Source: the human T2T-CHM13v2.0 reference genome, Homo sapiens
Assembly: GCF_009914755.1 (NCBI RefSeq)
Contig: NC_060927.1
Strand: one strand, 5' to 3'
DNA: 64,000 nucleotides
The notes beneath the pieces were generated by a model, which saw nothing but the letters and a program-made list of their open reading frames with translations, ran no database searches and was not told where the DNA came from. Positions within the stretch are counted from its first letter, which is position 1. Each line of letters begins with the position of its first letter. The translations under genes were made by a program, and so were the position numbers. Below are positions 63,403-64,000 of the stretch, piece by piece.

Positions 63403-64000
63403 CTGGGAGACACTCAGGCATCAACATGTTCACACTTGAAATGCATCCTAAGCCATTGGGACCAATTTGACCTGCAAACCCTGAAAAAAAGGCCCCTGCA
63501 CTATAGCTTGGCCCCACTGTTATCTCTCTGATGGGGAAAAATGGCCACCTGAAGGAAGTATAAATTACAATACTATCCTGCAGGTTGACCTTTTCTGTAA
63601 GAGGAAAGGCAAATGGAGTGAAATACCTTATGTTGAAGCTTTCTTTTCATTGAAGGGGAATCCACAACTATGCAAAGCTTGCAATTTACATCCCACAAGA
63701 GGACCTCTCAGCTTACCCCCATATCCTAGCTTCCCTGTAGCTCCCCTTCCTATTAATGACAAGCCTCCTCTAATCTCCCCCGCCCAGAAGGAAACAAGCA
63801 AAGAAATATCCAAAGGACCACAACCCCCCCCCCCCCGGGCTATCGGTTATGTCCCCTTCAAGCTGTAGGGGGAGGGGAATTTGGCCCAACCTGGGTACAT
63901 GTCCCTTTCTCCCTCTCTGATTTAAAGCAGATCAAGGCAGACCTGTGGAAGTTTTCAGATGATCCTGATAGGTACATAGATGTTCTACAGTGTCTAGAGC
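63403..64000 (+). pseudogene. gag: HERV9 gag remnant (start codon reads CTG; frameshifts)
   Basis: G.TQAST...LKCILSHWDQFD.QTLKK, then [15 protein letters not shown] and LKQIKADL in different frames. Confidence 0.8.

Larger units (their letters stand above)
62226..64000 (+). mobile_element. HERV9 internal region (leader and start of gag), cut by the window edge
   Basis: Splice donor CG|GTGAGT at 62266; leader repeats gtaagggccactaaatccga near 63137 and 63222; gag-like sequence follows. Confidence 0.88.

Overview
Primate, almost certainly human, nuclear DNA: it carries an AluYa5, a human-specific subfamily. The window is AT-rich and dominated by transposable elements. I see no host protein-coding exon, and every long ORF in the track is a LINE-1, Alu, MaLR or HERV9 remnant. 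It holds about 17 Alus, three young 5'-truncated L1PA2/3 copies, two large decayed L1PA16-like elements in inverted orientation (one packed with nested THE1C, a two-LTR MST provirus, Alus and the 5' half of an L1PA7), a solo LTR28-like LTR, and the 5' part of an LTR12/HERV9 provirus that runs off the right edge. Old L2, MIR and DNA-transposon fossils are scattered throughout, and about 13.6-26.3 kb is relatively repeat-poor. The most notable structures are two chimeric retro-insertions, each inside one target-site duplication (TSD): AluY fused to an L1 3' end (11060-12782) and full-length U6 snRNA fused to an L1PA7 3' fragment (57835-61080). Others are a near-consensus AluYa5 with source-element features, a non-consensus codon shared by all three young L1s, and a probable short 3' transduction. 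These are instances of known mechanisms, and I cannot support a new biological system from this sequence. Subfamily names come from my recall of consensus sequences and need RepeatMasker/Dfam confirmation.
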